This document shows positions 9,848-20,546 of a DNA stretch of 64,000 nucleotides, one piece after another. Position 1 is the first letter of the stretch. The number at the start of each line of letters is the position of its first letter. Below the pieces are notes generated by a model, which saw only the letters and a list, made by a program, of their open reading frames with translations, was not told the origin of the DNA and did not search any database. The stretch covers positions 2,982-66,981 of the forward strand of contig MGDU01000001.1 of the NCBI GenBank assembly GCA_001790815.1. The letters run 5' to 3'. This stretch comes from Candidatus Uhrbacteria bacterium RIFCSPHIGHO2_02_FULL_46_47 (GTDB lineage Bacteria > Patescibacteriota > Patescibacteriia > GWA2-47-26). The position numbers were made by a program, and so were the translations under genes.

Positions 9848-10513
9848 TTACCTTTTAGGCAATTGTGTTAGCCAAACCTTGGGCAACTTATACCGCATTG
9901 AAGGAATCACGAATGGTTCGATGAGAGTAAGAAATCGTTCGATGGTTTCTCCTATCACATACAATTGCATCCCATCTCGATCCTTTCGTGTATTGGTTTT
10001 AATTCCAAACTTTTTAAGTAGTGCACTCTGAAGTCGTTCCATACTCTGCAGATCGAATCCTTGCGTATTCAGAAATACAGTGCGATGATGCTTCGATTTA
10101 ATTGATCCGTCATCCATATACCATACTGCGAGCACAAGTGGTGTAAGCCATCTATGGATCAATTGTGGCACTACCTTGTTTCCTTTGCGGTAGAATTGCT
10201 GAGCACAGAATCGGAATGAACCTGAGCTTAATGTATTGAAGTAATACTTTGGATATATTCCCGAGACGCTTCGAAGTCGCACAAATCGTTCGCGAACCTT
10301 TGGTAAAGTCAACACCCACTCCCGAAATTCGTTGTGGATCCAATCCACATATTCTTTCTGCTTGAGTGTGTGCTCAATCTTTAGCCGATAGGTTCGCCCA
10401 TGATCCTGCGTTTCTAAATGTCCATCTCCAAGAAGTGTTCCTACAAGAATCTCTTGCTGACGCGAAGTCAACTTGAGTTTATTCTTATATGTTGCTATTG
10501 CATTACTATGCAT
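9848..10513 (-). CDS. LAGLIDADG homing endonuclease (two motifs, 221 aa), intron-encoded
   Basis: ILVGTLLGDGHLE and LAVWYMDDGS motifs. Confidence 0.8.
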   Translation of the reverse strand: MHSNAIATYKNKLKLTSRQQEILVGTLLGDGHLETQDHGRTYRLKIEHTLKQKEYVDWIHNEFREWVLTLPKVRERFVRLRSVSGIYPKYYFNTLSSGSFRFCAQQFYRKGNKVVPQLIHRWLTPLVLAVWYMDDGSIKSKHHRTVFLNTQGFDLQSMERLQSALLKKFGIKTNTRKDRDGMQLYVIGETIERFLTLIEPFVIPSMRYKLPKVWLTQLPKR

Positions 10514-11147
10514 AGATTTGGTGTTCGAATTATTCGAACTCTCTATGTCGCCATAGAGTTCAGACTATATCATCTCCTCCGAAGGACTTCGGAGGAGTCG
10601 AGCGTGTAGTCGTTGAGGGGCCAATTTGCCCAGATTTTTGGACTTGACTTACTTTATACTTTGTGCTATATTGCTCACCAAGGAGGTTCCCATGTCGCAG
10701 AAGGCTCGCAACACGCACCTACTCTACGGTTTGCTGATCTACGGTTTTTTCGGAACGTGCTTGATGGTGATGTTCTCCGCCATCGCCCGCGGGTGCTACT
10801 CAATGTACTTTCGCTGAGCGCAACCGCGATCGCTCTGCCAACTCACCTGTGTCGAAGACGCAGGTGGGTTCTTCTTTTTTTATTTGAAATAAGTCCAAAA
10901 ATCTGAGCAAACGGCTTCCCTGCTGATTGTCCGCAGTCCGATATTTTCACCACACTTTTAAGTGCGGTAATCGGACATACTCCGGATGTTCCAGCATATA
11001 GTCCCGACGTTCGCCTTTGGCGAAGTCGGGATCCCGATCCCTTTACGGGCATCGGGACTCAATATTGCGTTCTGCATTACTGCAGAACCGCCCCTAAGGA
11101 TTCGTCCTCCGATGTCCATCGGAGGCGTAACGGAATTGAATCCTTGT
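9870..11147 (-). mobile_element. group I intron 4 in 23S (~2066), carries a double-motif LAGLIDADG ORF
   Basis: Exon GGGGCGGAUGCCUC (11150) continues at CUAAAAGGUAACGGAGG (9868); 1.28-kb insertion with ORF 9848..10513 and an S-like element at 10560. Confidence 0.55.
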
Positions 11148-11449
11148 TGAGGCATCCGCCCCAGATAAACTGCCTACCAGGCCCTGTTCCTCTGCGTCGA
11201 TTCAGGCGCAAAGGTAAGGAGTAAAATATAGAAAGGGTGGTGTTTCATTGTCGTCCCGCTTGCGCGGGACTCCCACCTACGCTAAACATTCCATGCCCTA
11301 CCCCAAGACCAAGCTACAGTAAAGCTTCACGGGGTCTTTTCGTCTAGCCGCGGGTAACTCGCATCTTCACGAGTCTTGCAATTTCGCCGAGTCCCTCGTT
11401 AAGACAGTTCTCAAGTTGTTATGCCATTCGTGCAGGTCGGAACTCCATT

Positions 11450-11733
11450 TACTTCATCATGTTACCATGATGTTTAGACTATACTTTCATCTGGCTACAA
11501 TCATTAGGAGATATAATCTCCATGGAATGCTTTTTCAGCCAGAGCCGACGTGTTGGCCATCCCGATAGATATCGGGACAACCCTCTCCTTTCGGATCAGT
11601 CGTTACGGGGTCAGTCCGCCTAGGCGGGACGACTTCCCACGGTATTGTCCTATTGTATCATAGGATATCCACCGTTATGAGTCGGCGTACTAATGCCATG
11701 TCGCCACAGCATTCGGGCGAGTGTTCCCGACCG
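11450..11733 (-). mobile_element. group I intron 5 in 23S (~1931), ORF-less
   Basis: Exon GCGAAAUCCCUUGUCGGGUGAA (11735-11768) and ..GGAGUUCCGACCUGCACGAAUGG (11447) separated by 285 nt carrying GACUAUAC S-like and gtcagtcgttacgggg elements shared with introns 2 and 3. Confidence 0.45.
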
Positions 11734-11756
11734 GAAACATTGTTCACCCGACAAGG

Positions 11757-12040
11757 GATTTCGCTTATCGTGTTACTCATCCTATTAAGGATGGGCATGG
11801 TCATTTCTGCCATGCTCTGCATGTCGCCATGCAGATCGGACTCTATCTTCTCCACGTATTTGATACGGGAGTCTGGCATATAGTCTCTACGGACTCTCTC
11901 AACACTTTCGTGTTAAGGTTGCCTCGGTATTGTCTCGATGCTTATCGAGATGTTCACCGATATAGTCAGATTTTCTTCTACATCTTCGCAGGCATTGCGA
12001 AGTTCGAAGGGGGTCTTTCACCCCACTAAGGCAGCAATTC
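11757..12040 (-). mobile_element. group I intron 6 in 23S (~1917), ORF-less
   Basis: Exon ..GUCCUAAGGU (12045) joins AGCGAAAUCCC (11757); core gtagtctctacggactctct..ggttgcctcggtatt is nearly identical to intron 1. Confidence 0.45.
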
Positions 12041-12744
12041 CACCTTAGGACGATTATAGTTATCGCCGGCGTTCATCAGCGCTTCGGTTCAAAGCTGCCG
12101 CGCGCCTTGCGGCGCACATGACTTCTCTCCTTAACGTTCTGACACTGGCCAGGCATCAGCCCCTATACATTGTCTTACGACTTCGCAGGGACCTATGTTT
12201 TTGGTAAACAGTCACTTGAGAGACGCTTGTTGCAGCCCCGCTTGCGCGGGGCAGGCCTTATCCCTAAGTTACGGCCACTTTTTTGCCGAGTTCCTAAACG
12301 AGGGTTCTCTCGTTCACCTTGGCACAATTGTGCCCGGGGACCTGTGTCGGTTTACGGTACGGTTGCCAAAAGACAGGGCTTCAAAGCTTTTCTAGGCGTA
12401 CTCTTTACTCTCATCTGATCCACCTTGCGGCTTCACATTACCCTTTGCAGGGACGTGCGTATCCAAAAACACGCGGGAACTCCGAGAACGCGCACCTTGA
12501 AATGACTCTTTCGGCAGTGCAGGAATATTAACCTGCTGTCCATCGACTACGCCTTTCGGCCTCGCCTTAGGACCGACTAACCCTGGGACGATTTGCGTTG
12601 CCCAGGAAACCTTCCCCTTACGGTGTGAAGGGTTCTCACCTTCATTTGTGCTACTTATGCCAACATTCTCTCTTCTTGCCGCTCCATGGCGGCTCACGCC
12701 TACCACTTCAACGCAGCAAGAATGCTCCCCTACCGCCGACGCTC

Positions 12745-12885
12745 CGCGTCGGAATTTCTAATTTCTAATTGACCTAATTTCTAATAAAATTTCCAATGCC
12801 CAATGTTTAATTTCCAAGTTTGGTTATTAGGTATTGGTACTTTTGGATTTTATTAGGTGAATTAGGTGAATTAGGTGAATTAGAC
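12745..12885 (-). repeat. AT-rich palindromic expansion hairpin inside 23S (replaces E. coli helix ~1165-1185)
   Basis: aatttctaatttctaatt...attaggtgaattaggtgaattaggtgaattag arms are near reverse complements; no group I core; flanked by contiguous exon sequence. Confidence 0.5.
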
Positions 12886-12976
12886 ATTTCCCGATGCGAA
12901 GCATCGACTCTTGTCTTCGGTACGCCGCTTAAGCCCCGGTACATTTTCGGCGCGGCACGGCTCGACCAGTGAGCTG

Positions 12977-13025
<49 letters not shown>

Positions 13026-15252
13026 TTGAGCCGCACCACTTCCTTTCACACTGAGCGGTCCCGATGCCCTTGCGGGATACGGGATGCCGACTTCACGTCG
13101 GCACGATTTTGGGACCTTAGACGAAGATCAGGGCTGTATCCCTTTTGAGCGATGGAGCTTAGCCCCCATGCTCTGACTCCCAAGGTACATCATACGGCAT
13201 TCGGAGTTTGATTCGATGCGACGGATTGCTCCGCCACGATCGATTCAGTGCTCTACCTCCGCAGACAATCCTTGAGGCTATACCACAGTATATTTCGGGG
13301 AGAACCAGCTATTACCCAGTTCGATTGGCATTTCACCTCTAACCACAGATCATCCCAAAGTGTTGCACAGCTTACGGGTTCGGGCCTCCATCTGTCTTTC
13401 GACAAACTTCACCCTGTCCATGGTTAGCTCACTGGGTTTCGGGTCTTGTGCACGCTGCTTGTCCGCAGATTTATCGACGCAGATAACGCTGATACAAATC
13501 AGCGAAATCAGCGCCAAAAAATCAGCGGGGTCGCCCTTTCAGACTTGGTTTCCCTGCGCCTTCGTCCCGTAGGACTTAGACTTTGCAACGCGCAACAAAC
13601 TCGTTGGCTCATTCTTCAATAGGAACACCATAACCGCTACGTAGCAGCGGAAATCCGAATTTCGAAATCCGAATGTCGAAATTTAATTCGTCATTCGTCA
13701 TTCTGGTTTCGTCATTCCCGATGCTACGCATCGGCGTTGATTCCTTGTAAGCGTATGGTTTCAGGTTTTATTTCATCGGCCTCACCGGCCTACTTTTCAC
13801 CTTTCCCTCATGGTACTTGTTCACTATCGGTGATGGAGGAGTATTTAGCCTTGGCGCATAGTCGCGCCGGTTTCCCACGGGATTTCACGTGTCCCGCGGT
13901 ACTCAAGTATAGTCATAGTAAGGCGATAACCCCTTTCGCGTACGGGACTGTCACCCTCTTTGGTTCCGCATTCCAGCGGATTCTACTAGGGAAGCTATGC
14001 TTTGTACACCCTACCTCGCCTTTCAAGGCAGCGATCATGACAAACTTACAACTTCTTCTACTTATGTAGCCCTTGAGCCTTCCGCAACGCACGTAGCGTC
14101 ACACCTTTCGATGCAACACTCGCCTCGCTACTTAAAAGTAGAAGATCTAGGCTTTTCCCCGTTCGCTCGCCACTACTAGGGGAATATCCACAAAAAATCG
14201 GGCACGAAACTCACGAAATAATTTCGTGTCTTTTCGTGTTTCAATTTTCGTGGTCTTTATTTTCTTTTCCTCTGGTTACTGAGATGTTTCACTTCACCAG
14301 GTTTACTTCGCCCACATTGCTGTGGGAGATTATGCAGTTCAACACTGCATAGGGTTGCCCCATTCGGACATCGCCGGATCAAAGCTTGCTTGCCAGCTCC
14401 CCGACGCTTATCGCAGGCTGCTACGTCCTTCATCGCCTCTCCATCCCAAGGCATCCACCATACGCCCTTGACACTGAAGCACAAATTTAGATTCTTTTGA
14501 TAATAGTTGACTAGTCGAAACTAGCAACTCGTTTTGATGCGATTACTCTCTACTAATTAAATTGTCAAAGTTCTCCAGTTCGCACCACAGATCAGATGGT
14601 CAACCTCATCTCTGAAGCGAAAATAAAAGATCCCGCGTACGCGGGACCCGTAAATTACACCGAAAAAAGACGGCTACCCGCTAGGACAAGTTAATTTCAG
14701 AACTTTTCGCATATTTAAGCTTAAAATTCAGCCTCCTTACCGTCTGTATCTTGCACCTGCTAGTATGCCATATCCCTTAAAATGTGTCAACCCCAGCCCT
14801 TCCACAGGGTATTCACAATGGGCTACAACCGCGGCGATTCCGCGCGCGACGAAGCCAGCAACGGCCACGACCCGCGCTTCGCCTAGCCGCACCTTCCCAC
14901 CTTCCACCACGCACCCGCTCTTCACACCCACCGCAAGCAACGCCATGTCTCCCCGACCTCTGGCGTTCTTCTTTTTATGCAAAAATGTAGCCGCAGGTCT
15001 TTAGCCTGCGTTCAATTGCGCCACCTAAAGAGCGGCGACTACAATTATGATGACTCCACATAAGAAAAACACCTTGGTAAGTCAACCACATCTATCCACA
15101 CCCTACATTGACAAACTATATGAATGTGGTATGCTTACAGTGGTTATCAATTCGAGGAATCACACTCCTACGAGGAGTCACTAAGCAGCCCACAAGGGCT
15201 GTTTTGCGTTAAAGCGCTATACAATATGAATCAGGAATTTTTGATTTATTAT

Positions 15253-16578
15253 TTATCGCGAGAGTGGTCTGAATTTTTGTCCAAGTTCCCAATTAGGATC
15301 AACATCAAGTTTTTGCCAGGGAGTGAATTGTTTGGCGCGGGCCATGAAATACCCAGCCGCGGCAATCATGGCGGCGTTATCTGTTGTGTAGGCAAGAGAT
15401 GGTAGTATGTAGGACGTAGTAGGTAGTTCGGATTTAATCGTATTGGCCAATTGCTCGCGCAGGCGTTTGTTTGCCGCCACCCCACCACCAAGAAGAACTG
15501 TTTTCACCTTGTACTTTTTCGCCGCGCGCACAGTTTTGGCTACCAGCACATCCACCACGGCTTGTTCAAATGAAGCACAAATACGTACTAAAGCATCCTG
15601 CGGGAGATTTGATGCGGCCGCAGAATTTTTACCCACTTTATTTTTCGCAAGAAAATCTCTGACATAATACAAAACCGCGGTTTTGAGTCCGGAAAATGAA
15701 AAATCAAAGTCCGGCGAATCAATCATGGGGCGAGGGAAGTGAATGCCCCCTCCCCTAACCCCTCCCACAAGGGGAGGGGGATTTTCTTTTATTCCCTCTC
15801 CCTTGATGGGAGAGGGTTGGGGTGAGGGTGGTTGCCTTGGGTGGAATTTCTCGGCCAATCTTGAAATGGCTGGTCCTCCCGGATAGCCCAACCCCAACAT
15901 CTTGGCCACTTTATCAAACGCTTCTCCTGCCGCATCATCGCGCGTTGCGCCAATAATCTTGAAATCCAAGTGCTTTTTCATAAGCACCAGTTCAGTGTGG
16001 CCACCACTCACAATCAAACACAGGAGTGGAAATTGTACACCCTCACCCTGCCCTCTCCCAGAGGGAGAGGAAAATTGTGGCGGTTTTCCCTCTCCCCATG
16101 TGGGAGAGGGTGGCCGTAGGCCAGGTGAGGGAAGCCAATTCGCATACACATGCCCTGCAAGATGATTTACTGCCACCACCGGCTTGCGCCAAAGATACGA
16201 AAACGTACGCGCCACTTCCACACCGACAAGGAGTGAAGTCGCCAGTCCCGGCCCAGCCGTTACCGCGATAGCATCAATCTCCCCCTCCCCTAGCCCCTCC
16301 CACCGAGGGAGGGGAACTTCTTTTTTCTTCCTCCCCCTTGATGGGGGAGGATTGAGGAGGGGATGAACCCCTTTCAAAGCTTGCTCTACCACTGGAATAA
16401 TCTTCTCCACATGCGCTCTTGCGGCCACCTCTGGCACCACCCCGCCGGTCTTGGCATGGATCTTAATCTGCGATGCCACAATGTTACTGTGAACTGTGAA
16501 CTGTTGTCTGTGAACTTCAACTACGGCCGCCGCAGTTTCATCACACGATGTTTCAATTCCTAAAATTCGCATAATCAA
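15253..16578 (-). CDS. tsaD: tRNA N6-adenosine threonylcarbamoyltransferase TsaD (Kae1/Gcp family), lengthened by three in-frame repeat insertions
   Basis: MIMRILGIETSCDETAAAVVE N-terminus; 441 aa vs ~340 typical; extra Pro/Gly/Glu-rich segments encoded by the palindromic elements at 15727-15840, 16040-16130, 16270-16365. Confidence 0.85.
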   Translation of the reverse strand: MIMRILGIETSCDETAAAVVEVHRQQFTVHSNIVASQIKIHAKTGGVVPEVAARAHVEKIIPVVEQALKGVHPLLNPPPSRGRKKKEVPLPRWEGLGEGEIDAIAVTAGPGLATSLLVGVEVARTFSYLWRKPVVAVNHLAGHVYANWLPSPGLRPPSPTWGEGKPPQFSSPSGRGQGEGVQFPLLCLIVSGGHTELVLMKKHLDFKIIGATRDDAAGEAFDKVAKMLGLGYPGGPAISRLAEKFHPRQPPSPQPSPIKGEGIKENPPPLVGGVRGGGIHFPRPMIDSPDFDFSFSGLKTAVLYYVRDFLAKNKVGKNSAAASNLPQDALVRICASFEQAVVDVLVAKTVRAAKKYKVKTVLLGGGVAANKRLREQLANTIKSELPTTSYILPSLAYTTDNAAMIAAAGYFMARAKQFTPWQKLDVDPNWELGQKFRPLSR

Positions 16579-17264
16579 AACTCCCTTGCCTCTCCAATTT
16601 TGAGCGGGACGAATTCAATGCCGGTGTCTTTGAGGCCGGTTTGGAAAATCATATACCACGGCATCTCAGGCCAACGAAGGATGGCATCGTGGATCGGAAT
16701 TGCAAATTTCGGCTTTAATTTTTTCACAAATTCCAATCCCTCCCGCACTGCCATCCATGGGGCAACCACCGGCACCGCAAGAATTTCGGCATGCACTTCT
16801 TCCGAAGGCGCGACGCAATCCCCTGGATGCAGTAACCGTTCACCAATAAAAAATCCTACATTTTCACAGTGTGGAATGTGATCAGCAATATGGCCGTGAT
16901 CGCAGGCAATGCCGCGAATGGTCACTCCGTGTACTATGCGCTCTTCTCCGCGGCCTAACACTGCACTGCCAGTGATTCCATTTTGTTCCAACACTTTCCG
17001 CACTGCTGTGTTTGTCAAAATAACCAATTCCGAGATTGGCGCGATCGCGCCGTTTTCGGAATGCTTATTTTTGAGAATAATTTTAAGCGCTTCGGGATAG
17101 GTATGGTCTGGATGTTCGTGCGTCAAAAGTAGTACATTACACTCCGGCAAATCTTCCGGCTTGACCAAGGAATCCTTAAACACATAATTTCCCGGATCAA
17201 TCAAAATCCGCGCTTCGCCTTCCTCAATATAAAGGCATGAGTGTCCGTACTTTGTAATACGCAT
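16575..17264 (-). CDS. MBL-fold metallo-hydrolase
   Basis: LLLTHEHPDH (HxHxDH) motif. Confidence 0.6.
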   Translation of the reverse strand: MRITKYGHSCLYIEEGEARILIDPGNYVFKDSLVKPEDLPECNVLLLTHEHPDHTYPEALKIILKNKHSENGAIAPISELVILTNTAVRKVLEQNGITGSAVLGRGEERIVHGVTIRGIACDHGHIADHIPHCENVGFFIGERLLHPGDCVAPSEEVHAEILAVPVVAPWMAVREGLEFVKKLKPKFAIPIHDAILRWPEMPWYMIFQTGLKDTGIEFVPLKIGEAREF

Positions 17265-17277
17265 AATTTCACAAATA

Positions 17278-17350
17278 GCGCCACCGGGATTCGAACCCGG
17301 GTACCAAGCTTGAAAAGCTTGTGTCCTAGACCAGACTAGACGATGGCGCC
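17278..17350 (-). tRNA. tRNA-Glu (anticodon TTC)
   Basis: Reverse complement GGCGCCAUCGUCUAGUCUGGUCUAGGACACAAGCUUUUCAAGCUUGGUACCCGGGUUCGAAUCCCGGUGGCGCUA folds as a cloverleaf, anticodon loop UUUUCAA. Confidence 0.75.
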
Positions 17351-17387
17351 ATAATCGTATAAGATTAATCTAAGGATAAACTATTTT

Positions 17388-17798
17388 TTGAATTCAGTCA
17401 ATCCTATGCCGGAAAGACGAGAATCTGGACTTATTAAAATCGAACTCGAGCAAGAACCTCCGGACAATCGCGATCTTGAACAGGCGAATAAAATGATGGA
17501 TCTTGCGATAAAAGCGGCCTGGCGTATTTTTAATCGCGGAGATGGTGAACGAGAAGCTATTAATTATATAGTAGACAGAGCTACTAATGATCCTGAATTG
17601 CGCAGGGAATATTATACAAGAATCCGAGAACTTTTTCACAAAGAAGGCATTGCGGCGCTGGCGCAAACCTATCAAAATCGTGTCCGTCAACAGGATGCCA
17701 AAACTCCCAAAGCACAAGCCCGAGCAAAGTGGGCAGTTGAAGCCAAAGATGCTGGCTTTGATGATGTAGAAGATTATCTTTCCCATTTGCAAGAATAA
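17388..17798 (+). CDS. hypothetical charged alpha-helical protein (136 aa)
   Basis: The plus frame is protein-like; the overlapping minus ORF 17394..17792 is low-complexity and rejected. Confidence 0.35.
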   Translation: MNSVNPMPERRESGLIKIELEQEPPDNRDLEQANKMMDLAIKAAWRIFNRGDGEREAINYIVDRATNDPELRREYYTRIRELFHKEGIAALAQTYQNRVRQQDAKTPKAQARAKWAVEAKDAGFDDVEDYLSHLQE

Positions 17799-17837
17799 TT
17801 TGCCTTTTCTATCGTGCTGCGCTACACTATATCAAAT

Positions 17838-18233
17838 ATGCCTGACTACTCTTTAGAATTTCTCCGTCCCGAAAGCCATAGTGAAATCCCTTGGCTCACC
17901 CGTAGCGATGAGGGTGAACTTGCGGTTGATGTGTATGAAACTGACAAAGCGATTTTTGTAAAAACCGCGATCGCGGGGGTAAAACCTGAAAATCTTTCGC
18001 TTTCGCTCACCCATGATATGCTTACCATCAAAGGCAAACGGTATGATGAAGAGACTGAAAAGCGAAACTACTTATGCCAAGAATGCCATTGGGGTGCATT
18101 TAGCCGCACGATAATTTTACCTGCAGAGATAAATGTCACAAAAGCTGAAGCAATATTTCGCGGCGGCATACTTTCTATAAAACTTCCCAAAACCAAGGGT
18201 GGAAATATAAAGTTGAAGGTGGAGGAAGATTAG
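17838..18233 (+). CDS. Hsp20/alpha-crystallin small heat-shock protein
   Basis: alpha-crystallin domain (ELAVDVYETDKAIFVKTAIAGVKPENLSLSL ... AEAIFRGGILSIKLPK); start moved to internal Met. Confidence 0.65.
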   Translation: MPDYSLEFLRPESHSEIPWLTRSDEGELAVDVYETDKAIFVKTAIAGVKPENLSLSLTHDMLTIKGKRYDEETEKRNYLCQECHWGAFSRTIILPAEINVTKAEAIFRGGILSIKLPKTKGGNIKLKVEED

Positions 18234-18235
18234 TT

Positions 18236-18448
18236 ATGAAGGCCATATTGGATCGATTTGAGGGAAGTTCTGCGATTCTGCGTATTGAAGGCGGACAGGA
18301 GTTAGTTATGCCAAAAGAAGAGCTCCCCAAAGAAGCCAAGGAAGGCGCGGCGCTCTTTCTCATGATTTCCCAAAGCGCCTCGGAAGAAGAAGCACGGGAA
18401 AAACTGGCCAAATCAATTTTGAACGAAATTTTGAATACTGAAGTATGA
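18236..18448 (+). CDS. DUF3006-like small protein
   Basis: MKAILDRFEGSSAILRIEGGQELVMPKEELPKEAKEGAAL pattern typical of DUF3006. Confidence 0.4.
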   Translation: MKAILDRFEGSSAILRIEGGQELVMPKEELPKEAKEGAALFLMISQSASEEEAREKLAKSILNEILNTEV

Positions 18449-20298
18449 ACGGGTTTATCCCCGCGCCGGGAGCACCACAACCAAAAAAACGGCGGCTTTT
18501 CGTAGCGGCCGTTTTTGGTGTACTTATTATTGGCGCACCGCTATTTGACGCCTTTGCCACGCGCGGGGAAATTTATCCGCATGTCCGCGTTGCCGCTGTT
18601 GAGATCGGTGGGCAAAGTACTGCGAGTGCGCGTAAAGAGTTGCAAGCGCGATTTGAAGAATTCAGCAATACTCCGCTTACTTTTATTGCGGACTCTACGC
18701 GGGCCGCTGTGCCGCTTGCGGATATTGTTTCCTTTGATGTAGATGCAACTATCAGTCAAGCACAGACAATCGGAAATTCCGGCTCATCACTTAAACGTTT
18801 TAATGAACGACTGACCGCGCGCGTCTCAGGAATTACGATCGCGCCAGTTGTTGATCTCAATGAAGAAGTGCTGAGCAAAACCCTGCATGAGGCGTTTGCC
18901 AGCATTGAAAGCGACCCTAAAAACGCCGCCTTTGCAGTTACCTTTCAAGATGGTAAAGCCACAGTTACAATCACGCCGGATGTGTCAGGAAACATGATTG
19001 ACATGGAAAGCGTAGCGAAAAAACTCACAGAATATGCCAGCACGCTCACCCTTGCTCCTCTTGAGCTTGCTCTGCAACCTATATCTGCGGAAATAATGAC
19101 TGATGATCTTCTAAAGCAGGTAGATGAGGCAGAGACGCTTTTTAAGCACGGCGCGCCTGAGGTAACACTGCAAGATAAAAAATGGATGATTTCCTATGAA
19201 ACTCTTGCGGACTGGTTAACTGCAAAAAAAGATGGGGACAAAATCGCTGTAGCGCTTGATGAAGTAAAAATCGCGACCTGGCTTGATACAATCGTAAAAG
19301 AAGTGGAGCGAAAACCGATAAATGCGATCTTTGAACTAAGCGAGGATGGTAAAAAAGTTATAGAATTTGATCTTGGCACGCCCGGCATAGAATTGCCGCG
19401 CGAAGAAAATGCCGCAGCAATCGCAAGCGCGATTCTTGCGCAAAAACCCATTGCCCTTGCGGTTAAAGAGTTGGCTCCACGCGTTACCCCTCAAAAAGGC
19501 GCGGCGGATTTTGGAATTAAAGAACTGGTCGGACGCGGCACAACGAGCTTTAAAGGTAGTCCGGTAAACCGCGTTAAAAATATCAAACGCGGAGCGGCAA
19601 TTTTGGACGGCACGCTTATCGCGCCAGGCGAAGAATTTTCTTTGCTTGAACATCTGCGCCCTTTTACTGAAGAAAACGGCTATTTGCCAGAACTGGTTAT
19701 CAAAGCGTCCGAAGGACGCACTACGCCAGAGATCGGCGGCGGGCTTTGCCAGATTGGAACAACCATGTTTCGTGTGGTGCTAAATGCCGGACTTCCGGTA
19801 ACTGCGCGCGCCAATCACTCTTACCGGGTTTCCTACTACGAACCGCCTGTTGGCATGGATGCCACAATTTATGATCCGGCTCCGGATTTTAAGTTTATCA
19901 ATGACACCGGCAATTGGCTTTTACTTACCACTCATGTCAGCGGATCAACACTGACCTTTGATCTTTGGGGAACCAAGGATGGCCGTATTGCGAAAACAAC
20001 GGAACCGGAAATTTCCAACATTAAAAAACCTCCGGAGAAAAAAATTATTGAAACTACCGAGCTTCCACCGGGAAAAACCAAATGCACGGAAAAAGCGCAT
20101 ATTGGCTCAGACGCGCGCTTCACCTACATTGTTACTTACGCTGACGGCACGGTAAAAGAAAAAGAATTTTTTAGCCGCTATCGGCCATGGCAGGAAGTCT
20201 GCTTGCTCGGCGTTGAAAAACTTACTGCGCCAGAGCCGTTGCCGGAAGAAGTGCCGCTTACGCCCGATACCGCGCCGCCAATCGTTGTGCAAAATTAA
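18445..20298 (+). CDS. VanW-family protein with N-terminal TM anchor
   Basis: GGGLCQIGTTMFRVVLNAGLPV...YYEPPVGMDATIY VanW signature; N-terminal hydrophobic helix. Confidence 0.65.
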   Translation: MNGFIPAPGAPQPKKRRLFVAAVFGVLIIGAPLFDAFATRGEIYPHVRVAAVEIGGQSTASARKELQARFEEFSNTPLTFIADSTRAAVPLADIVSFDVDATISQAQTIGNSGSSLKRFNERLTARVSGITIAPVVDLNEEVLSKTLHEAFASIESDPKNAAFAVTFQDGKATVTITPDVSGNMIDMESVAKKLTEYASTLTLAPLELALQPISAEIMTDDLLKQVDEAETLFKHGAPEVTLQDKKWMISYETLADWLTAKKDGDKIAVALDEVKIATWLDTIVKEVERKPINAIFELSEDGKKVIEFDLGTPGIELPREENAAAIASAILAQKPIALAVKELAPRVTPQKGAADFGIKELVGRGTTSFKGSPVNRVKNIKRGAAILDGTLIAPGEEFSLLEHLRPFTEENGYLPELVIKASEGRTTPEIGGGLCQIGTTMFRVVLNAGLPVTARANHSYRVSYYEPPVGMDATIYDPAPDFKFINDTGNWLLLTTHVSGSTLTFDLWGTKDGRIAKTTEPEISNIKKPPEKKIIETTELPPGKTKCTEKAHIGSDARFTYIVTYADGTVKEKEFFSRYRPWQEVCLLGVEKLTAPEPLPEEVPLTPDTAPPIVVQN

Positions 20299-20546
20299 AA
20301 TCACTCCCAAGTATTCGCGCTCAAGAAGATTAGTATTAGGGGAAGCCGAGTCGGAGACCAAGCTACCCTAGAAATTAACCTCCATGCTTGTCGTGAGCGC
20401 GAGTATCCAGGAGTGAATATGCAAAAACGGGGTTCCTCCCCGCTTTTTAATTGTCAACGCCCTAGTATATCATGCCTATTTCCCATTGTCAAGGCCACCC
20501 AAACCATACTAAAAGCGGCCTTTTCAGGCCGCTTTTTTATTGAATT

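Noticed and set aside
8936-12706. Numerous 60-146-aa ORFs inside the rRNA region
   Set aside because: They lie in 23S exons or intron ribozyme cores; only the two LAGLIDADG ORFs have domain support
14490-15250. Expected 16S rRNA upstream of 23S
   Set aside because: No 16S-like conserved blocks found; consistent with unlinked rRNA genes
17394-17792. 132-aa minus-strand ORF
   Set aside because: Phe/Ile-rich low-complexity translation; opposite-strand ORF is clearly more protein-like
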